A DNA stretch of 64,000 nucleotides from Macrostomum hystrix (lineage: Eukaryota; Animalia; Platyhelminthes): contig CATNEN010000003.1 of assembly GCA_950097015.1 (NCBI GenBank), forward strand, positions 2,976,001 through 3,040,000, read 5' to 3'. Each line of letters begins with the position of its first letter. The first letter of the stretch is position 1. A program made the position numbers and the translations under genes. This document shows, one piece after another, positions 39,853 to 52,251 of this stretch. The notes beneath the pieces are model-generated. The model was not told where the DNA came from. It searched no databases and saw only the letters and a program-made list of their open reading frames with translations.

Positions 39853-42800
39853 TTAACTCGCAGCATCTATTTGAACAGCTTCAACAGCAGCTTCCAGTTT
39901 ATCTAAAGCTTTGCATTCAATAGATTTCTTCTCGTCATTGCCAGCCAATGGCCAGCAAAATTGACAAACTAGCGCCGATTGACCGCGAGTCTGACCAATC
40001 AGCGTCGGCGGCGGCGCGGATTGGCTGGAGAGCCGCTGCTGCTGCTGTTGCTGCGGCAGCAATAGTCGCAGACAAGACGAGCATGCCAATCTACCGCAGG
40101 CCAAACAGTTGGCCCTATAGGACAGGGCATAGGCGCACGGAGCGTTGCATACTCCGCAGGCGAACCTATTCGAGGAATTCTCAGACTCCCAGGCTCCCAG
40201 GCAGAGCTGCAGCAGTCGCTGGTTGGCATCGCCAATCGCTGCTGCCTCATCCGACGATTGCTGGTCGCTGGTTGTTGAGTGCGATCTGAAATTTAATTTA
40301 AAACTAGTATAATTACCAAATTTCAATATGTTCTCAAAATCAGTCATCACCCTCATTTACACCAAATTTCGTAATACGTAATACGGCCATATTTTAGGCC
40401 AACTTAAAAATATCTTTACTACAAAAGTGAAACAATAACTTTTTAAAATCCAAACTTACCGATCAAGGCTTTGCTGCTGCTGCTGCTGCTGCTGCAGTTT
40501 CCGTTGCTGAATCAGCCAGCGCTCGTGATCTTCCAAGCAGGCGATTCTTTCGGCTGATCGGGCCAGGCGTCTCGCCAACGCCACCTCATTGTCGCTTTCG
40601 TCAATCACAGCCGAGCTGGCATTGTTGTCATCCAGATCTAATAGTGCCTGATCGTTGCTATCAGACAGTTTCTGGCTGCTGATCAGGTAGGCCTGCTTGC
40701 GCCAAGGATTCTGCAAGGCTAGCCAGGGTCGAATCAGGCAGCGCGGCATTGCGCCAAGGCGCAGGTAGGCTGCCAGAGCCGAGTCGCCGTTGACGACGTT
40801 TCGGGTGTCGAACTCGCGACTTAGAGGGGAGAGCAAGGAAAAGTTATTCACATACAATAATTATTAACAATAGAAAACACTTCTGAATACATTATCCGCC
40901 CACGCATTTCATAAACAAACTATTATCCGCCCACGCATTTCATAAACAAACTATTATCCGCCCACGCATTTCATAAACAAACTATTATCCGCCCACGCAT
41001 TTCATAAACAAACTATTATCCGCCCACGCATTTCATAAACAAACTATTATCCGCCCACGCATTTTATAAACAAACTATTATCCGCCCACGCATTTCATAA
41101 ACAAACTATTATCCGCCCACGCATTTCATAAACAAACTATTATCCGCCCACGCATTTCATAAACAAACTATTATCCGCCCACGCATTTCATAAACAAACT
41201 ATTATCCACCCAGGCATTTCATAAACAAAATATTATCCGCCCACGCATTTTATAAACAAACTATTATCCGCCCACGCATTTCATAAACAAACTATTATCC
41301 GCCCACGCATTTCATAAACAAACTATTATCCGCCCACGCATTTCATAAACAAACTATTATCCGCCCACGCATTTTATAAACAAACTATTATCCGCCCACG
41401 CATTTTATAAACAAACTATTATCCGCCAACGCATTTTATAAACAAACTATTATCCGCCCACGCATTTCATAAACAAACTATTATCCGCCAACGCATTTTA
41501 TAAACAAACTATTATCCGCCCACGCATTTCATAAACAAACTATTATCCGCCCACGCATTTCATAAACAAACTATTATCCGCCCACGCATTTTATAAAGAA
41601 ACTATTATCCGCCCACGCATTTCATAAACAAACTATTATCCACCCAAGCATTTATTAAAGAAACTATTATCCGCCAACGCATTTTATAAACAAACTATTA
41701 TCCGCCCACGCATTTTATAAACAAACTATTATCTGCCCACGCATTTTATAAACAAACTATTATCCGCCCACGCATTTTATAAAGAAACTATTATCCGCCC
41801 ACGCATTTCATAAACAAACTATTATCCACCCAAGCATTTATTAAAGAAACTATTATCCGCCAACGCATTTTATAAAGAAACAATTATCCGCCCACGCATT
41901 TTATAAAGAAGCCATTATGCACCCACTCATTTAATAAAGAAGCCATTATCCGCCCACGCATTTTATAAAGAAACCATTATCCGCCCACTCATTTAATAAA
42001 GAAGCCATTATCCGCCCACGCATTTAATAAAGAAACCATTATCCGCCCAAGCATTTTATAAAGAAGCCATTATCCGCCCACGCATTTTATAAATAAACCA
42101 TTATCCACCTACGCATTTCTTGAAAAGATTACAAGATATTTCAGCCAACTTTACATTAGTCAGCCTTTACACCAGCTTGCGAAATTCCTATGAAATATAT
42201 CCATCAACGCATACTAGACATTACATTACTCTCCCACGCATTTCACATGCAGTACATTATCTGGCTGTGCATTTAGCACACCAGGTGCCCAAGCTCACCT
42301 GTACATAGGATCGATAAACTGTGAACGCCTCTCCAACGCGTAGGTCCAAAAGCACGGCAGCAGTCTGCCAGTAACCTCAGCGGCTATTCTGGCTCGTTCT
42401 CTTTCACAATTTCCAAGAAACGTAGCATATTGATGACAGCTATAGGCCGCCTCGGCTAATTCTAGTAGATAAGCATCGTTGAACTCAAATCGACCCGGAA
42501 ACAAACGCCTGAGCTGATGCACGCAGTCTAAGAATTGAGTAAACACAGGCGATGACTCATCGGACCAACCGTAGTGAGCGCATCTGTCAGCGAACTTGTG
42601 ACCAAAGCTTAGCCACTCTTTTTCCACAAGGTCCTGTGAAAAATTTATTAATTAGACATCTTTTAACTTTCTTTCGTAGGTGAGATTCACAGAACCGTGG
42701 AAAATATTCACAGAAAAAATGATAATAGACTGGGGTGAGACGATAAGAGATAGGAGAGAGGTGACGAGAGACAAAGTAGAGAAGACAATACACTGGGGAG

Positions 42801-45800
42801 AGACTTTCGAAAGAAGATAAGAGTCAGGGGGAGAAGATTAGAGACAAAGAGAAGACTAGAGACGGAGAGAAGACTAGAGACGGAGAGAAGATAAGAGACG
42901 GAGAGAAGATAAGAGACGGAGAGAAGATAAGAGACGGAGAGAAGATAAGAGACGGAGAGAAGATAAGAGACGGAGAGAAGATAAGAGACGGAGAGGAGAT
43001 AAGAGACGGAGAGAAGATTAGAGACGGAGAGAAGACTAGAGACGGAGAGAAGATAAGAGACGGAGAGAAGATAAGAGACAAAGAGAAGATAAGAGACGGA
43101 GAGAAGATAAGAGACAGGGAGAGAAGATAAGAGACAGGGAGAGAAGATAAGAGACAAAGAGAAGATAAGAGACAAAGAGAAGACTAGAGACGGAGAGACG
43201 GAGAGATAGGGGAGAGAAAATAAGAGGCAGGGGAGATAACTGGGAGGAGAGAACGCAATTTTAATCTCACCTGGAATCCGTGCAGTGTTCTATAATGCGG
43301 GTCGATAAGGAGCTGAGCCAGTGCACAAGTTTGAGCAGTCCTGTCCCAACCGTCTGAGCAGTGGACCAGCACCGAGGCGCCATCTAGAAGCAGTCGGTCG
43401 GCAATAAACTGAGCTGCCAGCAGAATGGCCTGCAGGTGCTTCGGCCAGCCCGATTTGTTCAACCGGCTGGTCCAGGCGTGCGAGCCGATGGCGGTGTTGT
43501 CAGCGTCCTGGCAGGCCTGAGCTAGATGACGCTGCGAGTCGCGCATCACGTGTATGTTCTCAATTTGACAGAATTTTACCTGCAGTGATTGGGAATAGGT
43601 AAATAAATTAGATCCCATTAAACCCATTAAGTCAAAACCACAAAAGTAAAGAATAAGGAAATAACATAGTCCAAAGGTAGGGCTATGGGAATTTTCTGGG
43701 AGTCTAAAATCCCCAAATGGGATCTGGGAGTCTAGAATCCCCAAATGGGATCTGGGAGTTTAAAATCCCCAAATGGGATCTGGGAGTCTAAAATCCCCAA
43801 ATGGGATCTGGGAGTCTAAAATCCCCAAATGGGATTTTATAGTTTAAAATCCCCAAATGGGATTTGAGAGTTTAAAATCCCCAAATGGGATCTGGGAGTC
43901 TAAAATCCTAAAATGGAATCTGTGAATAGGGAAGTTTTTGAAATCTCAATATTGGAACATGACATCTGGGAGTTTTTTAGTCTAAAATCCCAAGCTTAGA
44001 ATCAATGCGATTATAACCTGAGAATATAGCAATAAAAAAATTCCAACCTTGGGATAACACGAGCTTTAAAAAAGAAATTACCTCAACATTTTTATAATTA
44101 TCGGCCAGCTCGTAGCCCTTGCCCATAGCCCTATTGCCAATAGCGTTTGCCATAGGTCGAGTGTCCACAATGTGCAATCGGCGAGACTCAGGATTCTGGT
44201 TGGCCTCGGAGATGGCCTGAACCACCAATTCGTCTGAGGAGCTGCGAGCATTCAAGCCTACCAGAGGCTGGCTGCAGCGGCACAGGGCTGATTGACGCGA
44301 CTCCAACAGGTAGGTTAGCACAGGTAGGCGGCCACGGCTGCGGAATTTGGCGCACTCAAGCAACACCTGGGTGGGTGGACCGCACGCGGGGATAATTTGG
44401 CTGGGAGAAACTGAAGGAAAAGAGGAAGAGGAAAGAAGAAAAGAGATCCTAAGATATTTGTAGATAGGATATTAATAGATAGACACTGGAAAAGGGGAGA
44501 TTAGTAGATTAGTAAATTAGATCCCATTAAACCCATGAAGTCAAAACCACAAAAGTAAATAATAAGGAAATAAGATAGTCCAAAGGTAGGGCTATGGGAA
44601 TTTTCTGGGAGTCTAAAATCCCCAAATGGGATCTGGGAGTCTAAAATCCTCAAATGGGATTTGGGAGTCTAAAATCCCCAAATGGGATTATCTTATTTTA
44701 GTAGATAGACATGGGTAGATAGGAGATTTGTAGATAAAAATATTGGTAGACAGGAAATTGGTAGATAGGACGATTGGTAGATAGGAGATTGGTAGATTGG
44801 AAATCGGTAGACAGGAGATTGGTAGATAGGACGATTGGTTGATAGGAGATTGGTAGATTGGAAATCGGTAGACAGGAGATTGGTAGATAGGACGATTGGT
44901 TGATAGGAGATTGGTAGATAGAAGATTGGTAGATAGGAAATTGGTAGATGGAGATTTGTAGATAGGAAATTGGTAGATAGGAGATTGGTAGATAGGAGAT
45001 TGGTAGATAGGAGATTGGTAGTTAGGAGATTGGTAGATAGGAGATTGGTAGACAGGAGATTGGTAGTTAGGAGATTGGTAGATAGGAGATTGGTAGATAG
45101 GAGATTGGTAGATAGGAGATTGGTAGATAGGAGATTGGTAGATAGGAGATTGGTAGATAGGAGATTGGTAGATAGGAGATTGGTAGATAGGAGATTGGTA
45201 GATCGGAGATTGGTAGACAGGAGATTGGTAGATAGAAGATCGGTAGATAGGAGATTGGTAGATAGGTAGATAGGAGATTGGTAGATAGGTAGATAGGAGA
45301 TTGGTAGATAGGAGATTGGTAGATAGGAGATTGGTAGATAGGAGATTGGTAGATTGGAAATTGGTAGATAGGAGATTGGTAGATTGGAAATTGGTAGATA
45401 GGAGATTAGTAGTAAGATACTAAAAATAATATATCCAGTGATTATTTTCCTGACCTGATCGGGCACAACAGCCGGCACATACAGCAGTCTGGGATACGTA
45501 TCGCAGACGGCATAATCCTCATTGGCTGTCCACAATCTCCAGTGGGGATTATTCACGGCACCCTGGCGAATAAATTCCGCTTCTAGGCTGAATTTGTATA
45601 GCACGGCCGCTGCGCCACCACACGCGGACAATTGAGAAGATGGCGAATGCTGAACTGTCAGGTTGTCCAATAGCTGCTGAAGGTTGCTAGGCAATAGACG
45701 CTTGCGTTCCGAAACTATTAGAGCGGCTAGTTGAGCAGCCTTTGAGAACAAAAAAGATATAAGGAGGATATAGATCGCCATAGAGGTTTATACAGAGCAA

Positions 45801-46544
45801 TGTTATTTGCCCTTGTCAACAGGGTCTTCGACAAGAATGGCTGAATATCTCGACGATGCTGACTCCGGACGGCTTTGAAATTTAGTTTATCGTAAATGGC
45901 GGAAAATTTTAGTTCGGATGGTGAACTTTCACAACTATCGGTCATTCGGTTTGGGAGCAATCGTGAACTAGGCAGTGGATATTTGAAATGCCCCCGTTCT
46001 ACTGTTAAATCCTCATTCATTACGGGGCACAGCCACGATGGGAAGGCTTTGGTGGCTTGTGCAGATGTACAACCCTGAGTGAGTATATGCTCAGGAATAG
46101 TGATTAGCATCATCTCACCTGTTCGGCGCACCGGCCCCCAGGTACATCGAATGCGAACACAGACTGGGACAGTTTAAGCCGAACAGACAGACCAACGCGA
46201 GCTTGCAGATTGCCAGCCGATGTTGCTGATCCTACCAATCCGGAACCAGCCGATCCAGATGCCGCCAATGAGGACAACATTGTAGCTGAAGAATTCATAG
46301 CGGCAGCAGTGGCGGCGGCGGCAGCTGATGCCAACGAACCACTTGTTGAACCGACATTGGTGCCTGAGCCAACAGATCTGGCTAGTAGATCAACTTCTAG
46401 CACAAGTTGCAATGGAAAAGTCAATAGCTCTCCAGAGCCTTGGAATACTAGGCGCATGTCGCTCTGATTATAAAATAATTGGCCATTGACCGGAGCACAG
46501 CCCCAAGGCAGATAGTTGGCATCTTCTATGAGACAGACTGACAT
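39853..46544 (-). CDS. MTMR6: Myotubularin-related phosphoinositide 3-phosphatase, MTMR6/7/8 clade, ~810 aa, C-terminal FYVE-like finger; complement(join(39853..40285,40460..40819,42299..42633,43271..43579,44082..44366,45455..45739,46119..46544))
   Basis: [51 protein letters not shown], intact [34 protein letters not shown]; seven exons join in frame (2433 nt). The symbol denotes the clade, not strict orthology. Confidence 0.9.
40888..42116. repeat. 31-bp minisatellite (TTATCCGCCCACGCATTTCATAAACAAACTA)n in MTMR intron 5
   Basis: About 40 copies, degenerating toward the right end. Confidence 0.97.
42740..43250. repeat. Purine-rich ~19-bp minisatellite (GAGAAGATAAGAGACGGA-core) in MTMR intron 4
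   Basis: More than 20 copies. Confidence 0.93.
43690..43920. repeat. 28-bp minisatellite (GGGATCTGGGAGTCTAAAATCCCCAAAT)n in MTMR intron 3
   Basis: About 8 copies; 3 more at 44600-44690. Confidence 0.9.
44700..45410. repeat. 15-bp minisatellite (GGTAGATAGGAGATT)n in MTMR intron 2
   Basis: About 45 copies. Confidence 0.95.
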
Positions 46545-47806
46545 GGCTGACTGAAAATAAATAGGCTGTTATCAGAGTTATCTGTCTGTCATTTAAGGAG
46601 AAAAAATAAGTAATCTTAGTTAATTGGAACTAAAAAATTCATGCTAAATTTCAGTTAAAGATGCTTACAAGCTATAATTGTATGTCTTCATATAAGTATT
46701 ATATAGGGTAAATTAGTTGATGGGTTATCAGTTATCAATAATGTCCCCTTTTGCAAACAAGCCAACTATAGCTATCCTAGTAAGCAACCAATGGCCCCTT
46801 TCATCAGGCAACTAAATATATTCTTGGCCTTTGCCAGCCTAAAATCCCTGTCATTCAACCTTTAAATTGTCCAGTTTGAGCCTATAAAACAGCTACCCTC
46901 TTGTCTTGTCAGTTTCTAAACATACTTTTGCCAGCTTTCAAATACCACATTAACAGCCTTTAAGTAGCCTTTGAAAGCCATTATAAATATCCTCTTTGTA
47001 AAACCTGAAATTTCCCATATTGCTGTTTTTAGAGATTGTTAATCTCACATCTCACTGGGTATTCTCATCAGGAAAAATATTCTTAGTCAGTAGCTAAACA
47101 GTTTTAATAAAAATTAAACTATTAAAACTTTAGGCTTAAAAAGAAGCATCTAAAGGCAAAAACCTTGTTTATTATTTTGAATGCTTTGCAAGTAATGTTG
47201 GAGAAAGACGACAATAAAAAGGAATGATGATAGATGAAAATTATATTAGATATGTAATAATCTCTACAAATATGGAGCCTCTAAATTGTTCACTGTATGG
47301 TATAATAGATCAACATTAAATTAAAAATTAGCAACAGTTAGAAACAGTTACAGTTACAATCCGCTGCATGGATTACTTTTTTCACATTTGGCTTTGCACT
47401 TGCCCCAATGCACACTAGTCTAACAACACATTTATATAAGTACATAGTAATCAAACAGTTCAAACTCAATAACTCATACAGTGCAGGCTGGTCTAATCTT
47501 CTTGCTAGAAGTCATTATGCAACAATTATTGGGGTAGGTAAGTCTAGCCATTTAGGCAGCATAGAAGCATTAGGAACAATTACTTTAACATTGTTCCACC
47601 TAGTTACAGCACTTGGATTTGGAAAACTCGTGTTTTAAACAAACTGCCTAATCAATTTATATTAAAGATGAATTCCACAGATTGACAAAAGTAGTTGTCT
47701 TTTAATTCAGCACACCAAAAAATTATATATTCACATTCACAGATATGAACCTTCTAAAATGGGAACAATTTGGGCCTAAATAAACCAAATTTCAAGAATC
47801 CCCATA

Positions 47807-48244
47807 GGCCTAATTTTTGGTAAAAATTGGCCCTTTGATTATTCGTCCGGTTAACCAGTTAACCACCCAAGGACTTAATTTCTCCCCTCTCAACAAGCAG
47901 GAGCAACGATCCTCCCAAAGACGACTCTTGCCCTGCTAAGAGCCATCTTGAGTCTTGACCTCACAAAGACCAAACTATACCCTTGAACTAAGTTAGGCCT
48001 AGTCCCTGAAACAACCGAATTTCTTGAAAAGGTTTTATGTTTTTTAATTAGCTGACAAGCAAGAATAATTTGAGACACAAACTTCAAATCTGAATGACTG
48101 TCCTTTTGCAGCTTGTTAATTATTTTATCTTACAAATGATAGAGGTTCTCGTGGTAGCGCTACAACCCCTTATAACTTAGTTATAAGTTATAACTCAGTT
48201 AACTGGACAAATAATCAAATGGCTAATTTTTTATTAAAGTAGGC
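47807..48244. mobile_element. Probable MITE with ~55-bp imperfect terminal inverted repeats
   Basis: GCCTAATTTTTGGTAAAAATTGGCCCTTTGATTATTCGTCCGGTTAAC is the imperfect inverse of GTTAACTGGACAAATAATCAAATGGCTAATTTTTTATTAAAGTAGGC; no TSD resolved. Confidence 0.6.
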
Positions 48245-48621
48245 TCTAAGTACGAATTATAATACAATGGAAATGAAATTATTCTTTGAACTTATTTTTA
48301 TCACTAAACTATGAATCTATATAGAGATTCATAGAGTTCCTAGTAAATTCGGCGGGCATAAAGCCAAAATCATTCTTTATGACGTCTCTTTGTTCTATTA
48401 ATTTATAGAGAATTGAACAAGTCAGACCAACCCTAACTTTCTTTTGAAAAAGTCTAACAAGTAATGTTTCGGTTTGACCGCTAAATTATATAGGTTTTCT
48501 GATTATTGAACCACTGTAAGTCAAAGTAAAAGTCAAACTGTAGGGGCCTAATCGAAAACAAATATGGATGATATGTAAAAACGTTTTTCTCGGAAAGCTC
48601 GATGACGCTTACATGACGCTA

Positions 48622-48665
48622 ATTACATTACATTACATTACATTACATTACTAATTACATTACAT
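48622..48665. repeat. (TTACA)n microsatellite
   Basis: Tandem TTACA units. Confidence 0.85.
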
Positions 48666-51532
48666 GACGCAATTCTACAGCAGGCATGTTACGATAATGC
48701 CCACCGTTTTTCCGGGTCTAACTATCCAACGCAATGTTCTGTCAATTTCAGACATCAAACCGACGACTCTGTGGTACGTGGTTGTTGTCCAGTTCGCACA
48801 GGAGTCAGGACTCAGGACGATGTTGTTGTGAAGGTCGGTTGCAGGAAGAAAATACAACAGACATGAAGCAGAGACAGCAGTCTGCAGATAAATCCTAGGT
48901 TTTTTTGTCTCTGAGGAGTATACTTCAATATATAGTCTAAAAACTGTCTAAGAACAGTCTAAAAACAGAACAGATTCATATAGAACACATTCGCTGCCCT
49001 TTGTATTGATACATTTATTAAGTCGACCCATGCTATCGAACTATAATTGACAACTAAGCGATGTAAAACGAAAGAACAGAGTTTATACTTTTGCGAAAGT
49101 AATTCGCAAAACGTAATTGTCCATTACGTTAAGTACGAGCTTTTGAAAACCATACCTACAGTTGTTTGTTTGAGAATATACATCAATAATTTTTTTAAAG
49201 TAGAACAATAGATATGGATGAACAATAGATATGGTTCCCCGTTACAAGTCATATTGTGAAGACGGTGCATGTCACTGCGATCTGAGAGAGGGTTGTTGGC
49301 TGATAAAATAATAGAAGATAATGTAATAATGCAACTCTAATATTAATAAGGTGCGATAATAATAGCTAATAGTAGTACACAGTTTGCGCACAGCGCAGAG
49401 CCGCATTCATAAGATGATAGTAGGTTTTTACCAACGAAGCGCGGCACAGACCTTGTAAGTGGGATTGAATCTATATATTTTATTTTTACCAAATGTCTTA
49501 TCCCCAGCTAAGTTAGGATCGTGTAAAGTACAAAAGACCTTGCTTCCAGCAATGACCAGGACACCTGCTGAAGATGCCCAGCATAGGGGGTGATTGTTTG
49601 AGCAGCTAACACCTTGCCCGTTTGGTTTTAGTCTAGAACCGCAATTGTAGTGTACGTGGTGGCAGAACTACTCAAAGTAGTTCTTGCCCTAAAACTCCCT
49701 GGCTAGAATTAGAGTAGAAAATGGGACCACAGAATCACTAGGTGGGGCCACTGGGGGTGTAAGGCCTGTTGCCAGGCTCTTTGATTTACTGAAAATTACA
49801 TATTTGACATTCTGATTTTGCAGTTGGTAATTCATATTACACTATTTAAGGACTATTTAAGAATTAGGGATATGAATTAGTATAGTCCCTGATTTTTTAT
49901 TCCCGTTTATTAGTATGTAATAATATCAATACCTGCATGCAGTGCATGGTTTATGAGGGCCGAGGGCTCAAAAAGGTGACCGAGGGTTTTTCCGAGTGTG
50001 TTTTATTGCCTAACTCATTTATTCTTTCGGATGGTTAGGGTTAGTGTCTAGTAAAAATGAGCGGCATTCTACAAAGGCATTTTCTCTTCTTGCGTTGCTA
50101 GGCAGATACTTTACAACGAAGCATGGTCTGGTCTGCGCGCGTTTTTAACACGCTGCTTAGCTGTGCTGACCCATCGGACTCAGCATTGTTCGTAGGAGGT
50201 CGAGTCTATAGCAACAGACAGTCGGTTTGAACGTACCTGTTTGGCCGAGTTGGAATTCTGGGTGGGGCCATTCCAGCTGAGGTCATGGATGTCAGGCGCT
50301 TGCAATTAACCCGTAAAATAAACATTTTTTAAAAAGGTAGTCAACTTTTTTGCGATTCGGTTGCACGCCACTGTAAACAATTTCAAGGACCACCGAAATA
50401 CATAACAGTAGTACTACAGTGATCCTTGCACAATTCTCCAGTCTGAAACCCGCTACCCTATTTTTTTCTTCGTGAGGGAAATGACAGAGAAGCGAAAGAA
50501 TGAAAAAAGAATCAGCTGTTAAGCCATAATCTTACTGCAGCTGTAATACTTATTGATAATTTCCTACAGCAGAATTACAATAATACCAAAGTATAACAAG
50601 GGCAGTTAACTATAGTTTATTGTGCATTTAGGTTTCTGTAAAAATCGAATTCAATAGGCAGTCTAGAATAATTTTGAGTAAATGATAAGCATCTGTGGAT
50701 CTATTCTAAAAGCTAATAAAAACTATTTTTCTCTAACTCGCATATCTATATTCTGTATAATAGATTACCTGGATTGATTATTAAGGGAATAGTTTTAGTA
50801 TAATTGACTAGCAATTTTAGCCCGCCCCAGGAGAACAGAAGTAAATCGGGCATCTAGTTAAGCGTTCCTTCTATTCCTGAGTTTCGCTTCATTTATAGGT
50901 TGACAATTTAATTGCACTGTCATTGCTCTCATTCTCGGACCCACTCCAATGCTCGGCCATGGAATTCCAGACTAACAGAAATTTATTTACAAGTACTAAA
51001 AGCATGCATAAAACGACTTGTGGTCGCTCATTGACCAAAAAAAATAATAAAGCTAAGCTTTATTTTTTACAATCACTTTCAAAGTAAGAAATCTAATAAA
51101 TAATACTTCCATTAGATAGAACTGGTGGTCGTCGATAAATAGTGGTTAAACAGTGAACACTTTCATGAAAAATAAAAAAAAACTAATAAATAATGTTCTC
51201 TGGTAAGGTTACATGAGGTGAGGTATTTTATCGATGAAATCAAACGGATTTTAATCCATTGAAACAAGATTTTTATTTTGTAAAAAATACAGGATGATTT
51301 AATAATTTAATATAGATTTTATCAAACAAAGGACGATAGTTGAAAATCTACGAATACTCAATACATGAAACACATTTTTAAGGTCAACCTAATATAATAC
51401 AGAAAAAATGAATATTTTCGTCATTTACAAATTATACTTAAATGTCTAAGGAATGTTTTGAAGAAATAAGTTAATCAATCAATGAATCAATCAATCAATC
51501 GTGCCCCATGGCTCCAATCCATAGCAGTGCCA

Positions 51533-51886
51533 TCAGTCCTTCTTAATCCAGTAGATGCAGAGGGCGAGGCAGATTAGAAAAGCAATGCTGCCTCCACCGC
51601 CAGCCAGGCCGCCAACCAAGCTGATGTTGACTCCACCGCCGCTGGATGACTGTTGAATATTGGTGTTGCCACCACTGTCGGTATTGGACATGTAGCTGGA
51701 GCCACTAGAATTTCTAGCATCCACATTGCCCACAACCCGCTCTAGTTTGAGGTTGTCGACCGTTGTCGCACTGCTGCTTGGAGTCGGCAAAGCAACCGGT
51801 TTGGACCAAACGCAGTTAAGCTGGAGGACAACTAGAAGCAGAACTCCGAATGCCAATCGCGCGAGATTAACCCTGAAGGCTTTCAT
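51533..51886 (-). CDS. Small orphan type-I membrane protein, 117 aa (signal peptide, Ser/Gly-rich ectodomain, C-terminal TM)
   Basis: ATG-initiated GC-rich ORF in AT-rich flanks; hydrophobic signal, N-x-S sequons (NSS, NIS), TM LVGGLAGGGGSIAFLICLALCIYWI followed by KKD; TATATATA at 51968-51975. Confidence 0.7.
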   Translation of the reverse strand: MKAFRVNLARLAFGVLLLVVLQLNCVWSKPVALPTPSSSATTVDNLKLERVVGNVDARNSSGSSYMSNTDSGGNTNIQQSSSGGGVNISLVGGLAGGGGSIAFLICLALCIYWIKKD

Positions 51887-52251
51887 GACTCAACTTTTGG
51901 AAGACTAAGTGTTCTCAAGTCGATGCAATAGTTAATCTTTTAATAGGGTACAAATGCAGATTCCTGATATATATACACTAGCGAGCATGCGGATGTTAAA
52001 AAGAAACAGACTAGCCATCACCCCAGTTTTGAGGGGTAGAGAAGGGTATGCTAAACTGCTGTAAATGAAAGCTACGTAAGACTAGAGGAATTTTAATTTG
52101 TTGTTTTAAACATATCCGCGTCCAGAAATGCAGCCCAAAGAAACGACACAGTTGCAATCTTTTGCGTTAAACTGCTTTTGCATCCTTTGCACAGATTCAA
52201 ATACATAATGTACTTTTGATTAGGCAGAATTATTAACACTCATACATGTAT

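Noticed and set aside
45727-46131. 134-aa ORF in MTMR intron 1 as an extra exon
   Set aside because: Exons 1 and 2 already join in frame; the ORF is in another frame and has no recognisable motif
49530-49700. Possible degenerate Penelope-type hammerhead (CTGAAGATGCCC…GGGGG) or RTE-like 5' UTR remnant
   Set aside because: GAAA core missing (GATT) and no second copy in the window to support an element
50805-50860. Helitron-like 3' end (GCCCG…CGGGC ATCTAGT)
   Set aside because: Only a 5-bp stem; no 5' end or second copy
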